Positions 1-9,802 are shown, counted from the stretch's first letter. The stretch: 64,000 bases of DNA from Bacteroidota bacterium (GCA_040386935.1 JAZKEQ010000009.1:7435-71434); one strand, 5' to 3'. Notes: generated by a model not told the origin, from the letters alone. Made by a program: numbers and translations.

Positions 1-930
1 AAAGCGTTGGGAATAGACGAAGCATACAATAAGGAATTTATCTTTCAATTGTCTAAAATAGATCCGGAGACAGGTAAAGAAAATTTCTTTTTAGAAGGAG
101 ATAGAGATTTCGAAGAAGGACATTTTGTGTCAGTGACCGTACCCAATGGGGATTGGATATTAAGGGTAAAAGGCAGAAACGGCACTTCATTTGGCTCTTT
201 GATAGTGATGATGTTTCTAGGGTTAATGTTGGCCATTACAGGAGGCGTTTTTACATGGTTTATCGCTCGGCAACCTATTTTATTGAGCAAAAAAGTGGAT
301 GAACAAACAGAGCTGCTCTCAGAATCCGAGAAGCGGTATCATGATTTATTTGAATTAAGTCCCTTGCCGGCATGGGTATTCGATCTTGAAAATTTAAAAA
401 TACTAGATGTCAATAAAGCTGCCGTAGATGAGTATGGCTATACCCGCAATGAATTTTTAAATATGCAAATGTCCGATTTACTGGTGGACAGGCCGGTGCG
501 AGAGGATGATGTCAATGTTGTTTCAAATAATTTTAAGGGATCAAAAATTTTACTTCACAAAAAAAAATCAGGAAAGATTATTCAGGTAGAGATTCAGGAA
601 AATACAATTCCCTATAATGGCAAAACAGTTGATTTGATAATTGCCAATAACATCACCGAAAGGCAGAACTACATAGCGGCTATTGAAGACCAAAATACCC
701 GTATACGGGAAATAGCTTGGATACAGTCGCATGTTGTAAGGGCGCCATTGGCAAGAATCATGGGTCTTGTAGATCTTATTAAAAACTCAGAAAAAGGTGA
801 AGAAAATGAAGCGGAATTAATGAATCGCATCATCGAATCTGCCAATGAACTGGACGGAATTATTGCCGATATCAGCAATAAAGCGAGTAAGATTGATCTC
901 GAATTTGATGCTCAGCAAGGAGGTACCTAG
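1..930 (+). CDS. Sensor protein fragment: end of an extracytoplasmic domain, TM helix, PAS domain and HisKA-like helix, with no HATPase_c domain; 5' end lies outside the window
   Basis: Frame 1 is open from base 1. Hydrophobic helix SLIVMMFLGLMLAITGGVFTWFI. PAS-like YHDLFELSPLPAWVFDLENLKILDVNKAAVDEYGYTRNEF. H-box-like SHVVRAPLARIMGLVDLI. The ORF stops about 55 aa later without ATP-binding boxes. Confidence 0.6.
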   Translation, partial: KALGIDEAYNKEFIFQLSKIDPETGKENFFLEGDRDFEEGHFVSVTVPNGDWILRVKGRNGTSFGSLIVMMFLGLMLAITGGVFTWFIARQPILLSKKVDEQTELLSESEKRYHDLFELSPLPAWVFDLENLKILDVNKAAVDEYGYTRNEFLNMQMSDLLVDRPVREDDVNVVSNNFKGSKILLHKKKSGKIIQVEIQENTIPYNGKTVDLIIANNITERQNYIAAIEDQNTRIREIAWIQSHVVRAPLARIMGLVDLIKNSEKGEENEAELMNRIIESANELDGIIADISNKASKIDLEFDAQQGGT

Positions 931-934
931 AACA

Positions 935-1849
935 TTATTTTTGTTTGATAAAATAATCCCAGCTTACCTTGCAGATTTCAGCGATTGTTGCATAGTTTAC
1001 TTCAGGTGTTTCTTTTGAATCGTTAACAAATACAACTATGGCAAAATGTTTCCCGTTAGGAAGTTGCACGATGCCAACATCATTAATTGCTTTTATATTG
1101 GTTGAGTCATCAAAAAAAGTACCTGTTTTATGGGCGACAATAGTTCCTTCGGGTAATTGACCTTTCAGACGGTTAGGTCCACTCGGAGAGTTAACCATAA
1201 TATCCCAAAGTAATTGTTTACTGCTGTCTTTGATAAAATCACCCTGATAGTAGCGTTTTAAAATATTTGCCATGCCATTTGGCGTACTCCAGTTTTTTAT
1301 CAATGAATCTGTATTCATGTTGCGGTAGTTAGAACCCAAACCAAAGTCTTTGATGTTCTGCTCATTGAAGTATTTTGTTACAGCAGCCGGGCCACCACCA
1401 ATGTCAAACAGTTTATCACAGGCGATGTTGTCGCTTACACTTACTGCATATTTTAAAACTTCCCCCAGGGGCAATATAAATGCTTTGCCTGCTCTTTCAT
1501 CGCGCATTGGGCTGTGCGTATCGCGTTTTAATTCATCCAAAGTGAATGATACCGGTTGTGTCAATGAAAGTTTACCTTCTTCAACCAGATGTAAAATGTA
1601 AATGGCCTGAGGAAACTTAACAACGCTCATGATGATATATTTTTTATCGCCATTTACTGCTATCATTTCTTTCCCTTCAAGTGACATAATAGCCACACCA
1701 ATATTTGCTTTTTTGCTATTGATAATTCCATTGATTTTTTCAGAAAGAGAATCAAGAGAAGATAGTTGTTCTTTTGAAGCTGTGTTATTGCCCGAAGAGC
1801 AAGCCCCAATCAGCAACATGAATGCAGAAATGAATGCAAATAATTTCAT
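935..1849 (-). CDS. Class A serine beta-lactamase-like lipoprotein
   Basis: Lipobox LLIGACSS. Motifs in canonical order: SxxK (MSVVK), SDN (VSDNIA), KTG (HKTGT). 304 aa, ATG start. Confidence 0.7.
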   Translation of the reverse strand: MKLFAFISAFMLLIGACSSGNNTASKEQLSSLDSLSEKINGIINSKKANIGVAIMSLEGKEMIAVNGDKKYIIMSVVKFPQAIYILHLVEEGKLSLTQPVSFTLDELKRDTHSPMRDERAGKAFILPLGEVLKYAVSVSDNIACDKLFDIGGGPAAVTKYFNEQNIKDFGLGSNYRNMNTDSLIKNWSTPNGMANILKRYYQGDFIKDSSKQLLWDIMVNSPSGPNRLKGQLPEGTIVAHKTGTFFDDSTNIKAINDVGIVQLPNGKHFAIVVFVNDSKETPEVNYATIAEICKVSWDYFIKQK

Positions 1850-2430
1850 AATAAGGTGTGATTGAATGAATGTGCAATTTAATGACTGTGCTACATTAAA
1901 CCAATCCGTATCATAAATTTATTTCAGTGATTGTTGCAATAATGATTAGATCCATTGGGTACATTTAACCTCATCAATAATCGATTAGGAGTGTAGATGG
2001 CAGATGCTGTTGTTTTTATACCCTTTTTTGTTCAATAAATGGCTTTTAAAGTATTGTATATAGAGGATTTTTACTCAAAAAATTATTGTAAAAAATTGAA
2101 AATCAGTTTGGTGAAAAGATGAAATTGTTTTTTTATGAATTTTATTAGTAACTTCGTGTAAAACACACTGAAAACATATTCTATTTGGGGATTACTGCCT
2201 ACTAACCATTTTTTTTACATAGTTATCATCCATTCATTGAGTATTCATCAGATTTTAAAAAGGTTTAACGTTACTAAATAAAACAAACTTATGAATTCAA
2301 AATTTAACAAATCAAATTCACAATGGGGTGAATATTCCGATTCTGATGCCCTGCTTAAAGCACTTTATTTATCTTCAGGTAATTGTAGTGATATTAATTA
2401 AAGTAACCATTTTCTAAATCAGAACGCATT

Positions 2431-2829
2431 ATGCACAAAGTCGATTTGGCTTATATCATCGATGACGATGATATAACCATACACCTTACCGACAGATTGC
2501 TTAGAAAAGTTGAATTCTGTCATTGGGTTGAAACCTTTACCGATGCTCGAAAGGCGCTCGAAAGGCTGAAGTTTTCCTTAAAAGCAGGGGGCAATATTCC
2601 CAATATGATCCTGTTTGATTTGAATATGCCTCATATGGATGGATGGGAGTTTATGGATGAGTTGGTAAAACTGCCTAATGCCAGTAAGGTGCCTGTATTT
2701 GTATTCACCTCTTCTGTTGATCCTGCCGATAAAGAACGTTCCTATAAATACGGCATTATAAGGGATTTTATTTCTAAACCACTTACTGTACAAAAACTCA
2801 ATAAAATATTGCGTATAATCGATAAGTAA
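2431..2829 (+). CDS. Stand-alone response regulator receiver (CheY-like)
   Basis: 132 aa. Acidic pocket IIDDDD, phospho-acceptor context ILFDLNMPHMDG, FTSS and SKP motifs of REC domains. No output domain. Confidence 0.8.
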   Translation: MHKVDLAYIIDDDDITIHLTDRLLRKVEFCHWVETFTDARKALERLKFSLKAGGNIPNMILFDLNMPHMDGWEFMDELVKLPNASKVPVFVFTSSVDPADKERSYKYGIIRDFISKPLTVQKLNKILRIIDK

Positions 2830-2834
2830 AGCGA

Positions 2835-3047
2835 TTACTTCACTTCCTCATAATCTACATATTCACCTTCATTGTCCAATGGTTTTTTTTTGCCAGGATT
2901 GTGTTGGGTATGTTGATTTTTCATTCTGCTGTTCAGGTCTTCCATATTGCGTTGAAAATGGTTTTGTGTCTTTTTAACAGCAAAGAACATTTTTAAAATT
3001 TGCCATATGGCATAAATAATGAAAATATTGAAAAGTAACTTAAGCAA
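2835..3047 (-). CDS. Small membrane protein, DUF4834-like
   Basis: 70 aa with an N-terminal TM helix, a basic linker and a C-terminal GEYVDYEEVK tail. I remember that tail as typical of the Bacteroidota DUF4834 family. Confidence 0.45.
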   Translation of the reverse strand: MLKLLFNIFIIYAIWQILKMFFAVKKTQNHFQRNMEDLNSRMKNQHTQHNPGKKKPLDNEGEYVDYEEVK

Positions 3048-3149
3048 GTGTTGTAATTTTAGGATGCAAAATTACTAATTTTAATCGTAAGCCTGCAATT
3101 TCAATTCGTTGAAAATTGCAAATAGCAGGACATGCTTAAATAAAGATGG

Positions 3150-4130
3150 TTAATTGGTTTTAAAAAAATGGAGAAGAGTGGCAATTTTTTCATTGGTTTC
3201 TGTCCATTCATCACTTGCAATTGAATCGCGGTTAATACCGGCACCAGCGTAAAGGCATGCGCCATCAGAGAATATTTCTGCGCACCTGAGATTTACAAAA
3301 TAAGCAAATGATTCTTGTGTTTTAATACCCAGATAACCTGTGTAAAAATGCCGCTGGAAATCTTCATTACTGAGAATAAATTGAAGGGCATCAACAAAAG
3401 GTAATCCACATACTGCAGATGTCGGGTGTAAAAGATTTAACAAGATATTGTCAGATGATTCGTTTTTACCTGTTATTGTTATTGGTGTTGCCAAATGTGT
3501 AACGTTACCTGCATTTTTCTGAGCTGTTTCACCAGTTTTATAGTCGTATGATAACTGTTTTAGTTTATTGCTGATATCAGTAATAATCTGTTCGTGCTCT
3601 TTGTATTCCTTGCTGCTGAATCCATAAGATTGATTCGTGCCGCCAAGCGCTTCCGTATACAGTTCTTTATCTGAGCCTCTTAGCAATGTTTCCGGGGTAG
3701 CGCCTATCATGCATTGTCCGTTTTCAAGATAAAAACAATAAACAAATGCAGACGGATAATGCGCGGCTAGTTGTTGGTACAGCAATGAAATATTAATAGC
3801 ACCTTCATGAAATAGTTGTCTCGCTATTACCACTTTTTCAAACCTGTCATGTTTAATCGCTTCAACAGCTTTTTGAACTGTATCAGTGTAATGTGTTTCA
3901 AGTGTGCTGTGTTGTGAGGCTGACTTTCTGAGATTCATATCTAAAAAAAAACTGTCAATATTGTCAGTATTCGCTTTAGTTATACGGCCGTTTATCTTAA
4001 AAATATTTTCCGACTTTATGAATGGGGCAATAAGAAATTCATCATCGCCAACACCGGAAGCTATTGTGTAAAATATTTGCTCATTGGGTTTTCTCCAGAT
4101 GGCTTTACCTGATGTCATCACCTTATTCAT
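3150..4130 (-). CDS. menF: Isochorismate synthase (menaquinone pathway)
   Basis: 326 aa chorismate-binding enzyme signature: IGATPETLL, EALGGT, HPTSAVCGLP, YTGYLG, AGAGI. Overlaps the downstream thioesterase gene by 4 nt. Confidence 0.75.
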   Translation of the reverse strand: MNKVMTSGKAIWRKPNEQIFYTIASGVGDDEFLIAPFIKSENIFKINGRITKANTDNIDSFFLDMNLRKSASQHSTLETHYTDTVQKAVEAIKHDRFEKVVIARQLFHEGAINISLLYQQLAAHYPSAFVYCFYLENGQCMIGATPETLLRGSDKELYTEALGGTNQSYGFSSKEYKEHEQIITDISNKLKQLSYDYKTGETAQKNAGNVTHLATPITITGKNESSDNILLNLLHPTSAVCGLPFVDALQFILSNEDFQRHFYTGYLGIKTQESFAYFVNLRCAEIFSDGACLYAGAGINRDSIASDEWTETNEKIATLLHFFKTN

Positions 4131-4564
4131 TCTCTTAATTTTACAGCCATGGTTAAGCGGCTGATATGAATCAGTTTGCCATCTTCAGTTTCAATGCGGA
4201 TTTCCCATACATGTGTAGTTTGTCCGATGTGATGAGGGCGTGCAATGCCATACACCCACTGGCCTTCCATCACCGGTTTTAAATGATTGCCATTTAAATC
4301 AAGTCCTAATGCAACATACTTGCTGCGGTCGAATACCAAGTTAGCAGCTAAACTGCCAACACATTCAGCCAATGCAAGACTAGCGCCACCATTTAACATT
4401 CTCAATGGTTGAACAGTTTTTTCATTGACAGGCATCTTTGCTTTCAGGTAATCCTCACCCAATTCAATGAATTCAATACCGAGAAAATCGCTCATGGTAT
4501 TTTTACAATAGGCATTTAGCCATTCCATTTTTATATTTGCCGGTTCAAAAAATATAGAAGCCAT
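4127..4564 (-). CDS. PaaI/YdiI-type hotdog thioesterase, probably 1,4-dihydroxy-2-naphthoyl-CoA hydrolase
   Basis: Hotdog signature LNGGASLALAECVGS and HxG...W core. Translationally coupled to menF. Start uncertain: ATG at 4564 or 4528, and the ORF track extends to 4582. Confidence 0.6.
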   Translation of the reverse strand: MASIFFEPANIKMEWLNAYCKNTMSDFLGIEFIELGEDYLKAKMPVNEKTVQPLRMLNGGASLALAECVGSLAANLVFDRSKYVALGLDLNGNHLKPVMEGQWVYGIARPHHIGQTTHVWEIRIETEDGKLIHISRLTMAVKLRE

Positions 4565-4566
4565 GT

Positions 4567-5196
4567 ATGAATAAAAATTCAAAATTAAGCAAAACGATTC
4601 ATCTGATACGACATGGCGAAACAGATTTTAATAAATTAGGCATTATTCAGGGCAGTGGAGTCAATAGCGAACTCAATGAAAAAGGTCGCCATCAGGCGCG
4701 TTTGTTCTATGAGGCTTATCATAATACCCCTTATGAAAAAGTATATACTTCTGTATTGAAACGCGCGATTCAAAGTGTTGAAGGGTTTATAGAGCAAGGT
4801 GTACCCCATATTCAGCACACAGGTCTCAATGAAATTAACTGGGGTGTAATGGAAGGCGCAGAATCAAGCGAATACAATCGCAAGGTGTATTTTGATACAG
4901 TGCGACAATGGTCGGAAGGACATTTGGATGTGGCGGTTGCAAATGGTGAATCTCCACTTGCACTTTTTGAACGTCAGCAAGTCGCCTTAGAAGAAATTAT
5001 GCAGGCTTCTGATGAACTCATTTTGATTTGTATGCACGGTAGAGCAATGCGTAGTTTTCTGTGTTTGCTCACCGGTACACCACTTAAGGAGATGGAACAA
5101 TGGGAGCACACCAATCTCTGCTTGTATGAGTTGGTGTACAATGGGCAATTCTTTGAAATTACAAAAAATTGTGATGTTTCACATTTAGTATTGTAG
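4567..5196 (+). CDS. Histidine phosphatase family protein (phosphoglycerate mutase-like)
   Basis: N-terminal catalytic IHLIRHGETDFN (RHG motif). Second His context ICMHGRAMR. 209 aa. Confidence 0.75.
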   Translation: MNKNSKLSKTIHLIRHGETDFNKLGIIQGSGVNSELNEKGRHQARLFYEAYHNTPYEKVYTSVLKRAIQSVEGFIEQGVPHIQHTGLNEINWGVMEGAESSEYNRKVYFDTVRQWSEGHLDVAVANGESPLALFERQQVALEEIMQASDELILICMHGRAMRSFLCLLTGTPLKEMEQWEHTNLCLYELVYNGQFFEITKNCDVSHLVL

Positions 5197-5213
5197 TTTT
5201 GATGTTTTAATCA

Positions 5214-6101
5214 ATGGCTTCAATTTTTAATATTCGTTTCAAAAATTATCTATTAGCATATTTGTTATCAGGTGTTTTGTTGTTAATAATTGCATGGTTG
5301 TTTGAGCTAAGTGTATCGGTGTTTATTCTGATTGCTGCAGTTTATTTATCTGGTATTTTTTTAGGATTCGCAGGCATGTTCTTTTGGCGAAAATCTCAGG
5401 AAAGTACAGCAGATTTATTGGCGATAATTGACAAACAAACTTCCATGGCAATTACGAAAACATCAGATAATATCAATAATGCCTTCAATCAGCACGAGTA
5501 TTTTCATTATCTACGTTCATTAATAGTTCCTAAAATCCCTTTACCTCCTACTAGGGGTTGGGCAGCGTCACCTGATTTTATAAGCCTTGCTTTTAGAGAG
5601 ATTATTGCAAAACAACCTGAAACAATCGTTGAGTTAGGCTCAGGTGTGTCGTCACTTTTTATCGGACATTTACTAAAAGACCGTCAATTGAAAGGGCATT
5701 TACACTCTGTAGATCATTCATCAGAATTTGGCGGAAGAACTGAAGAGTTACTGCGCATTTCTGAAGTCAATCATAAAGTAAGCGTTTACAGCGCACCCAT
5801 TACTCCACATACTATTAATGGCAAACAATGGCAGTGGTATGATATCAGTCAATTAACAGCAGATAAAATTGATTTACTCTTAGTAGATGGTCCTATTGGG
5901 ACACTTCAAGAAAAAGCACGCTATCCGGCAATTCCTTTATTGTTTGATAGATTGTCTCCGGGGGCTATTGTTTTATTGGATGATTATTTCAGGAAAGATG
6001 AATTGGCAATAGTACAGGACTGGTTAAGAGAGTATCCTTCACTTCAATTGATTGCTGAAATAAATACTGAAAAAGGAACAGCTGTATTGCAAAAGAAATA
6101 A
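5214..6101 (+). CDS. Membrane-anchored class I SAM-dependent methyltransferase-like protein
   Basis: Two N-terminal hydrophobic helices, then a Rossmann motif I-like VELGSGVSSLF and an acidic LLLVDGP strand. 295 aa. Confidence 0.5.
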   Translation: MASIFNIRFKNYLLAYLLSGVLLLIIAWLFELSVSVFILIAAVYLSGIFLGFAGMFFWRKSQESTADLLAIIDKQTSMAITKTSDNINNAFNQHEYFHYLRSLIVPKIPLPPTRGWAASPDFISLAFREIIAKQPETIVELGSGVSSLFIGHLLKDRQLKGHLHSVDHSSEFGGRTEELLRISEVNHKVSVYSAPITPHTINGKQWQWYDISQLTADKIDLLLVDGPIGTLQEKARYPAIPLLFDRLSPGAIVLLDDYFRKDELAIVQDWLREYPSLQLIAEINTEKGTAVLQKK

Positions 6102-6102
6102 C

Positions 6103-8679
6103 TTACCTCAGGAGTGTTACAGTCGTTTTATAGATGCGCATACTGCCTCCGTAGGGCATTGCCTTGATAACGCATAAATAGATTCCCTCGGGGCATGCTT
6201 GGCCGTTTAGTTGTCCATCCCAACCACCTCTCACATTTTTTGTTTCGAATACCAGTTCACCCCATCTGTTGTACACTTGCATGAGGTATGATTGTACATA
6301 ATCAATAGTTGCAGGTTTGTAAATGTCATTTAACAAATCATTGCCGGGTGTAAATACATTGGGTAAGTATAAATAAAAATTAGGGTATACCATTGTACTG
6401 GTTGAATCTATACAGCCGTTAGCATTGCTCACTTTTAATGTGATAGTATAAGTAATTGAGTCTTTATATTTACCTGATGGGTCTTTGATTGTACTGGTTT
6501 GCCCATTGCCAAGATTCCACCAATAGGAAGTTACATCCGAGGATGATGTATTGATGAATTGCAGGATTTTTTCACGCGGGTCGGGTGAAGGCAATGTGTC
6601 GTACGTAAAACTGGCTTTAGGTTGTGGGTATAGCAGTGCTGTACTGTCTTTCTTTTTATAAGTGGTACAACCTTTATCTGATATGGCCGTTAACTCAGTT
6701 GAAAAATAACCCGATACAGGATATGTTTTCAATGGCTGTTCTACATCTGAATTGCCATAGCTCATAAAACTCCAATAGTATTTAGCAATGCTGCCTTTGC
6801 GTATGGTGGAGGTGTTTTTATATTGAATAGGGAAAGGAAAACACCCAGTATCACCTATAAAATCAGGAACAGGCGATGGCCATACAATGATAGTTTTTTT
6901 CATGGTATCGCTGCATCCACCGGTTGATATTAAGAATATCTCGTAAGTAGAATCTTTAAAGTCTTTTTTAGTTAAAATATTGTTGGTATAGCTTTTACCA
7001 TCAATCACCCATTTATAGGAGTTTTTAATGGTATCGGATGTATTGTAGAAAATAAAATTCTGTTGGTGATAACATTGTGAATCTAAATTGACGGTGAAGG
7101 TTGTAGGGGAATTTGTATTATTGATTAAAATAGTGTCAGCTGCAGTACAACCGTTGGTGTCGGTTACATTCAATATGTAAGTGCCTTTTGTTGTTGCCTG
7201 AATGGTTTTTGAAGTGCTTTGTGTACTCCATAAATAATTTAGGTAATCTCTCTCGGGACTTAGCGTCAGTGAAAAATTGCCACAGAAAGAGGTATCTTTT
7301 CCAATATTGGGTTTGATGTATTTGATGATAAAACCAGCAGTAGTGGTATCGCTTTTGCCATTTCTAAAATGAGCAATCAATTTAACAGTGTATTTACCGG
7401 TTGTTCTGTAAATATGAAAAACATTTGTGGTCGAAGTGGATGTATTGAGTTGTCCTGAACCAGGGTCGTCAAACAGCCATCTGACAGAATCCAGGTCCTT
7501 ATCTGATGAGAGCGTAAAAAATGTGGTATCGTTCAAACAATTGTTGCTGACAGTAAATGTTTTTCTACTGAAATAAGATTGAATAAATGAAGGTAGACCA
7601 TAGCTGCATGAATTGCCCTTCAGATCGACAAATTTCTTTTCATAATTGCAGGCACTGCCTTTAATATCGGGTAAATGTATCACCGATAGAAACTGAGAAA
7701 ATGATGCGATATACATTTTCTTATCAGGCCCTAGTTGTAAAGCTCCAAGTGCTACAACATCAGTTGCAATAATTTGTTCTGATGTTAATATTTCTGATGT
7801 TGATGTTGCATTAGCATCGTATTGTCTCACTGTTTTATTGGAGTAAGTGACATACAATAAGTCGCCATTAGGTGAGAATTCAACACCATAAGGCGAGGCA
7901 TTGGTTATGGAGTAGGTGATCACATTACTTACTTTACCTGTCGTGGCATCAAGGTCGGCCAAGCAAACATTCTTGAGATTGCCCCCATTGGCATAAGCTA
8001 TTTTATTGCCATTGGCTGATGCTTTCATGTATCCTAAAGTATTGGCGGAATTATCTGTAGGAATGGTTATACCTGTTTTGCTGATTACCGGAGTTGTACT
8101 TACCCCGGATGATGTAATCAGGTAGGCGTATATTTCATCTGAACCATACTTATGACAAAGCATCCAGAAGTCATTTTCATTGCTGTGTTGAACGGCTGTT
8201 ATTTTTTCGCTGGCAGGTGCTACTAAAGCAATATTTTTTCTTGAACTGATGATGTCGCCTTTTCCGCTGTTAAGGCTGATATCCAGTTCGCTGTACATCA
8301 CCCCATTAGCATTCCCAATTTGATCTACAGTGAAGATGATGTAGATAGTGCTGCTGCCGGGCTTTGGAATCACCACTGCCGATTGAGAAGCGTTAAAATG
8401 GCCTTTGAGTCCTGTTCCGTTGGGCATTATCTGATGGGTTTTGTCCCACACAGTAATACCGTCAGTATAAAATAGCAAACTGCCACTGGCTGAACTAATG
8501 GATGCACAGCCTTCTAGTGTGCTCATTTGGCTGGTGGTAAGTCCTACGGGTGTACCTGAATTAAAATCGATGGCGGCATAACTGCCAAAATACCAATTAT
8601 TAGCCTCTTTTTGAGAGAAGCTATTTTGAATAAAAAAGAAAGAAAAGACAACAAACAGTATTGATCTTAAATTGAACAC
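6103..8679 (-). CDS. Large secreted protein with a T9SS type B C-terminal sorting domain and PKD-like repeats
   Basis: Signal peptide. Repeated Ig/PKD-like segments. C-terminus YLPNVFTPGNDLLNDIYKP...YNRWGELVFE...GWDGQLNG...GIYLCVI matches the gliding-motility-associated C-terminal domain pattern. Confidence 0.75.
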   Translation of the reverse strand: MFNLRSILFVVFSFFFIQNSFSQKEANNWYFGSYAAIDFNSGTPVGLTTSQMSTLEGCASISSASGSLLFYTDGITVWDKTHQIMPNGTGLKGHFNASQSAVVIPKPGSSTIYIIFTVDQIGNANGVMYSELDISLNSGKGDIISSRKNIALVAPASEKITAVQHSNENDFWMLCHKYGSDEIYAYLITSSGVSTTPVISKTGITIPTDNSANTLGYMKASANGNKIAYANGGNLKNVCLADLDATTGKVSNVITYSITNASPYGVEFSPNGDLLYVTYSNKTVRQYDANATSTSEILTSEQIIATDVVALGALQLGPDKKMYIASFSQFLSVIHLPDIKGSACNYEKKFVDLKGNSCSYGLPSFIQSYFSRKTFTVSNNCLNDTTFFTLSSDKDLDSVRWLFDDPGSGQLNTSTSTTNVFHIYRTTGKYTVKLIAHFRNGKSDTTTAGFIIKYIKPNIGKDTSFCGNFSLTLSPERDYLNYLWSTQSTSKTIQATTKGTYILNVTDTNGCTAADTILINNTNSPTTFTVNLDSQCYHQQNFIFYNTSDTIKNSYKWVIDGKSYTNNILTKKDFKDSTYEIFLISTGGCSDTMKKTIIVWPSPVPDFIGDTGCFPFPIQYKNTSTIRKGSIAKYYWSFMSYGNSDVEQPLKTYPVSGYFSTELTAISDKGCTTYKKKDSTALLYPQPKASFTYDTLPSPDPREKILQFINTSSSDVTSYWWNLGNGQTSTIKDPSGKYKDSITYTITLKVSNANGCIDSTSTMVYPNFYLYLPNVFTPGNDLLNDIYKPATIDYVQSYLMQVYNRWGELVFETKNVRGGWDGQLNGQACPEGIYLCVIKAMPYGGSMRIYKTTVTLLR

Positions 8680-8746
8680 AGTAATATATACTTATTCAAA
8701 GATAAGAAAAGTATGGGTAGTTAGCAAATTATGGAAAAGGGTGTCT

Positions 8747-9505
8747 TTACCACTTAGCACCGGGGTAAGCCCTTTGCAGAAACTGCATATCGGTCAGAAT
8801 AAAGCCTAAATGTTCAGTATGTGAGCCATTTTTCCCGCCTTTTTGAGAATAAGTGCTCACCGGTATTGACAATGTCGCAATTTCAAAAATAGTTTTTATC
8901 TTGTCGTTCCACTCTGCTTTTAAGTCTATTAGGTTAGGGGCAATACCTGCATTTGCAGCAGCTGTTTCTATAGCTGAAGGCATAAATAGCTCACCTGTAT
9001 ATTCCCAAAGATCATCCACAGCTTTCTGCATTTTCTCGTGGCTGATATCCGTGCCATCACCCAGACGAATCATCCATTCACTGCTCCATTTTAAGTGATA
9101 GGTTACTTCTTTAATTGTTTTAGTTGCTATCTCTTTTAAGCGCTGATCGGTGCTGTTCATTAGTTCGCGGTGCAGCAATGCGTGAAAAGCATCGTAAAAA
9201 AACTGACGTACTATGGTATAAGCCCAATCGGTATTGGGTTGTTCAACCAACAATACATTGCGGTAGGCTAATACGTCTCTTAAAAATGCTTCAGTATCTT
9301 CAGTCGCTCCATCACCTTTTAAGTCGGCAGCATATTGGTAAAGACTGCGCGCTTCACCAATCAGGTCGAGTGCAATATTGGTTAATGCGATATCCTGTTC
9401 AAGTACAGGGCCATGACCGCACCATTCACCACATCTTTGGCCGAGTATCATGCTGTTGTCTGCCAGATGAAGCAGGTAGTTGTAAGTAGTTGCTGTATCC
9501 GTCAT
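8747..9505 (-). CDS. paaC: 1,2-phenylacetyl-CoA epoxidase subunit C
   Basis: LLHLADNSMILGQRCGEWCGHGPVLEQDIALTNIALDLIGEAR is the typical PaaC N-terminal signature. 252 aa. Start overlaps the paaB stop. Confidence 0.8.
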   Translation of the reverse strand: MTDTATTYNYLLHLADNSMILGQRCGEWCGHGPVLEQDIALTNIALDLIGEARSLYQYAADLKGDGATEDTEAFLRDVLAYRNVLLVEQPNTDWAYTIVRQFFYDAFHALLHRELMNSTDQRLKEIATKTIKEVTYHLKWSSEWMIRLGDGTDISHEKMQKAVDDLWEYTGELFMPSAIETAAANAGIAPNLIDLKAEWNDKIKTIFEIATLSIPVSTYSQKGGKNGSHTEHLGFILTDMQFLQRAYPGAKW

Positions 9506-9792
9506 TACATGTGGTTAAGCTCTTCCGGTAAGTCGTAAAAAGTCGGGTGTCTGTATATTTTATCACCTGCCGGTTCAAATAATGAATCCTGTTCTGCCGG
9601 TTCGCTGGCATGCAAGTGCTTGCTTTCAACCACCCATATGCTTACACCTTCCAGGCGTCTGGTATAAACGTCTCTTGCGTTTTCAATTGCCATTTTTATA
9701 TCGGCTGCGTGAAGACTTCCAACATGTTTGTGGTTTAAACCTTGTTTAGCCCTTATAAATACTTCCCACAATGGCCACTCTTTTTGATTCAT
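9505..9792 (-). CDS. paaB: 1,2-phenylacetyl-CoA epoxidase subunit B
   Basis: 95 aa. WPLWEVFIR...GLNHKHVGSLHA signature. Lies between paaA and paaC. Confidence 0.8.
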   Translation of the reverse strand: MNQKEWPLWEVFIRAKQGLNHKHVGSLHAADIKMAIENARDVYTRRLEGVSIWVVESKHLHASEPAEQDSLFEPAGDKIYRHPTFYDLPEELNHM

Positions 9793-9802
9793 TGATATTA
9801 AA

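Noticed and set aside
2291-2401. 36-codon ORF (MNSKFNKSNSQWGEY...) just upstream of the receiver gene
   Set aside because: It is too short, has no motif, and its composition is typical of AT-rich non-coding sequence. It is mentioned only as context in the finding on the long gap.
3092-3129. Long imperfect hairpin (CCTGCAATTTCAA...TTGAAAATTGCAAATAGCAGG) between menF and the DUF4834-like gene
   Set aside because: It is not followed by a U-run on the minus strand, where both flanking genes lie. It contains bulges, so it cannot be called a terminator or riboswitch with confidence.
9124-9489. 121-aa plus-strand ORF inside paaC, and similar 60-90-aa shadow ORFs inside paaA, the helicase, mutase, dnaA, gldK, gldN and secDF genes
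   Set aside because: All are nested in or antisense to long ORFs with clear family signatures. None has a recognisable motif.
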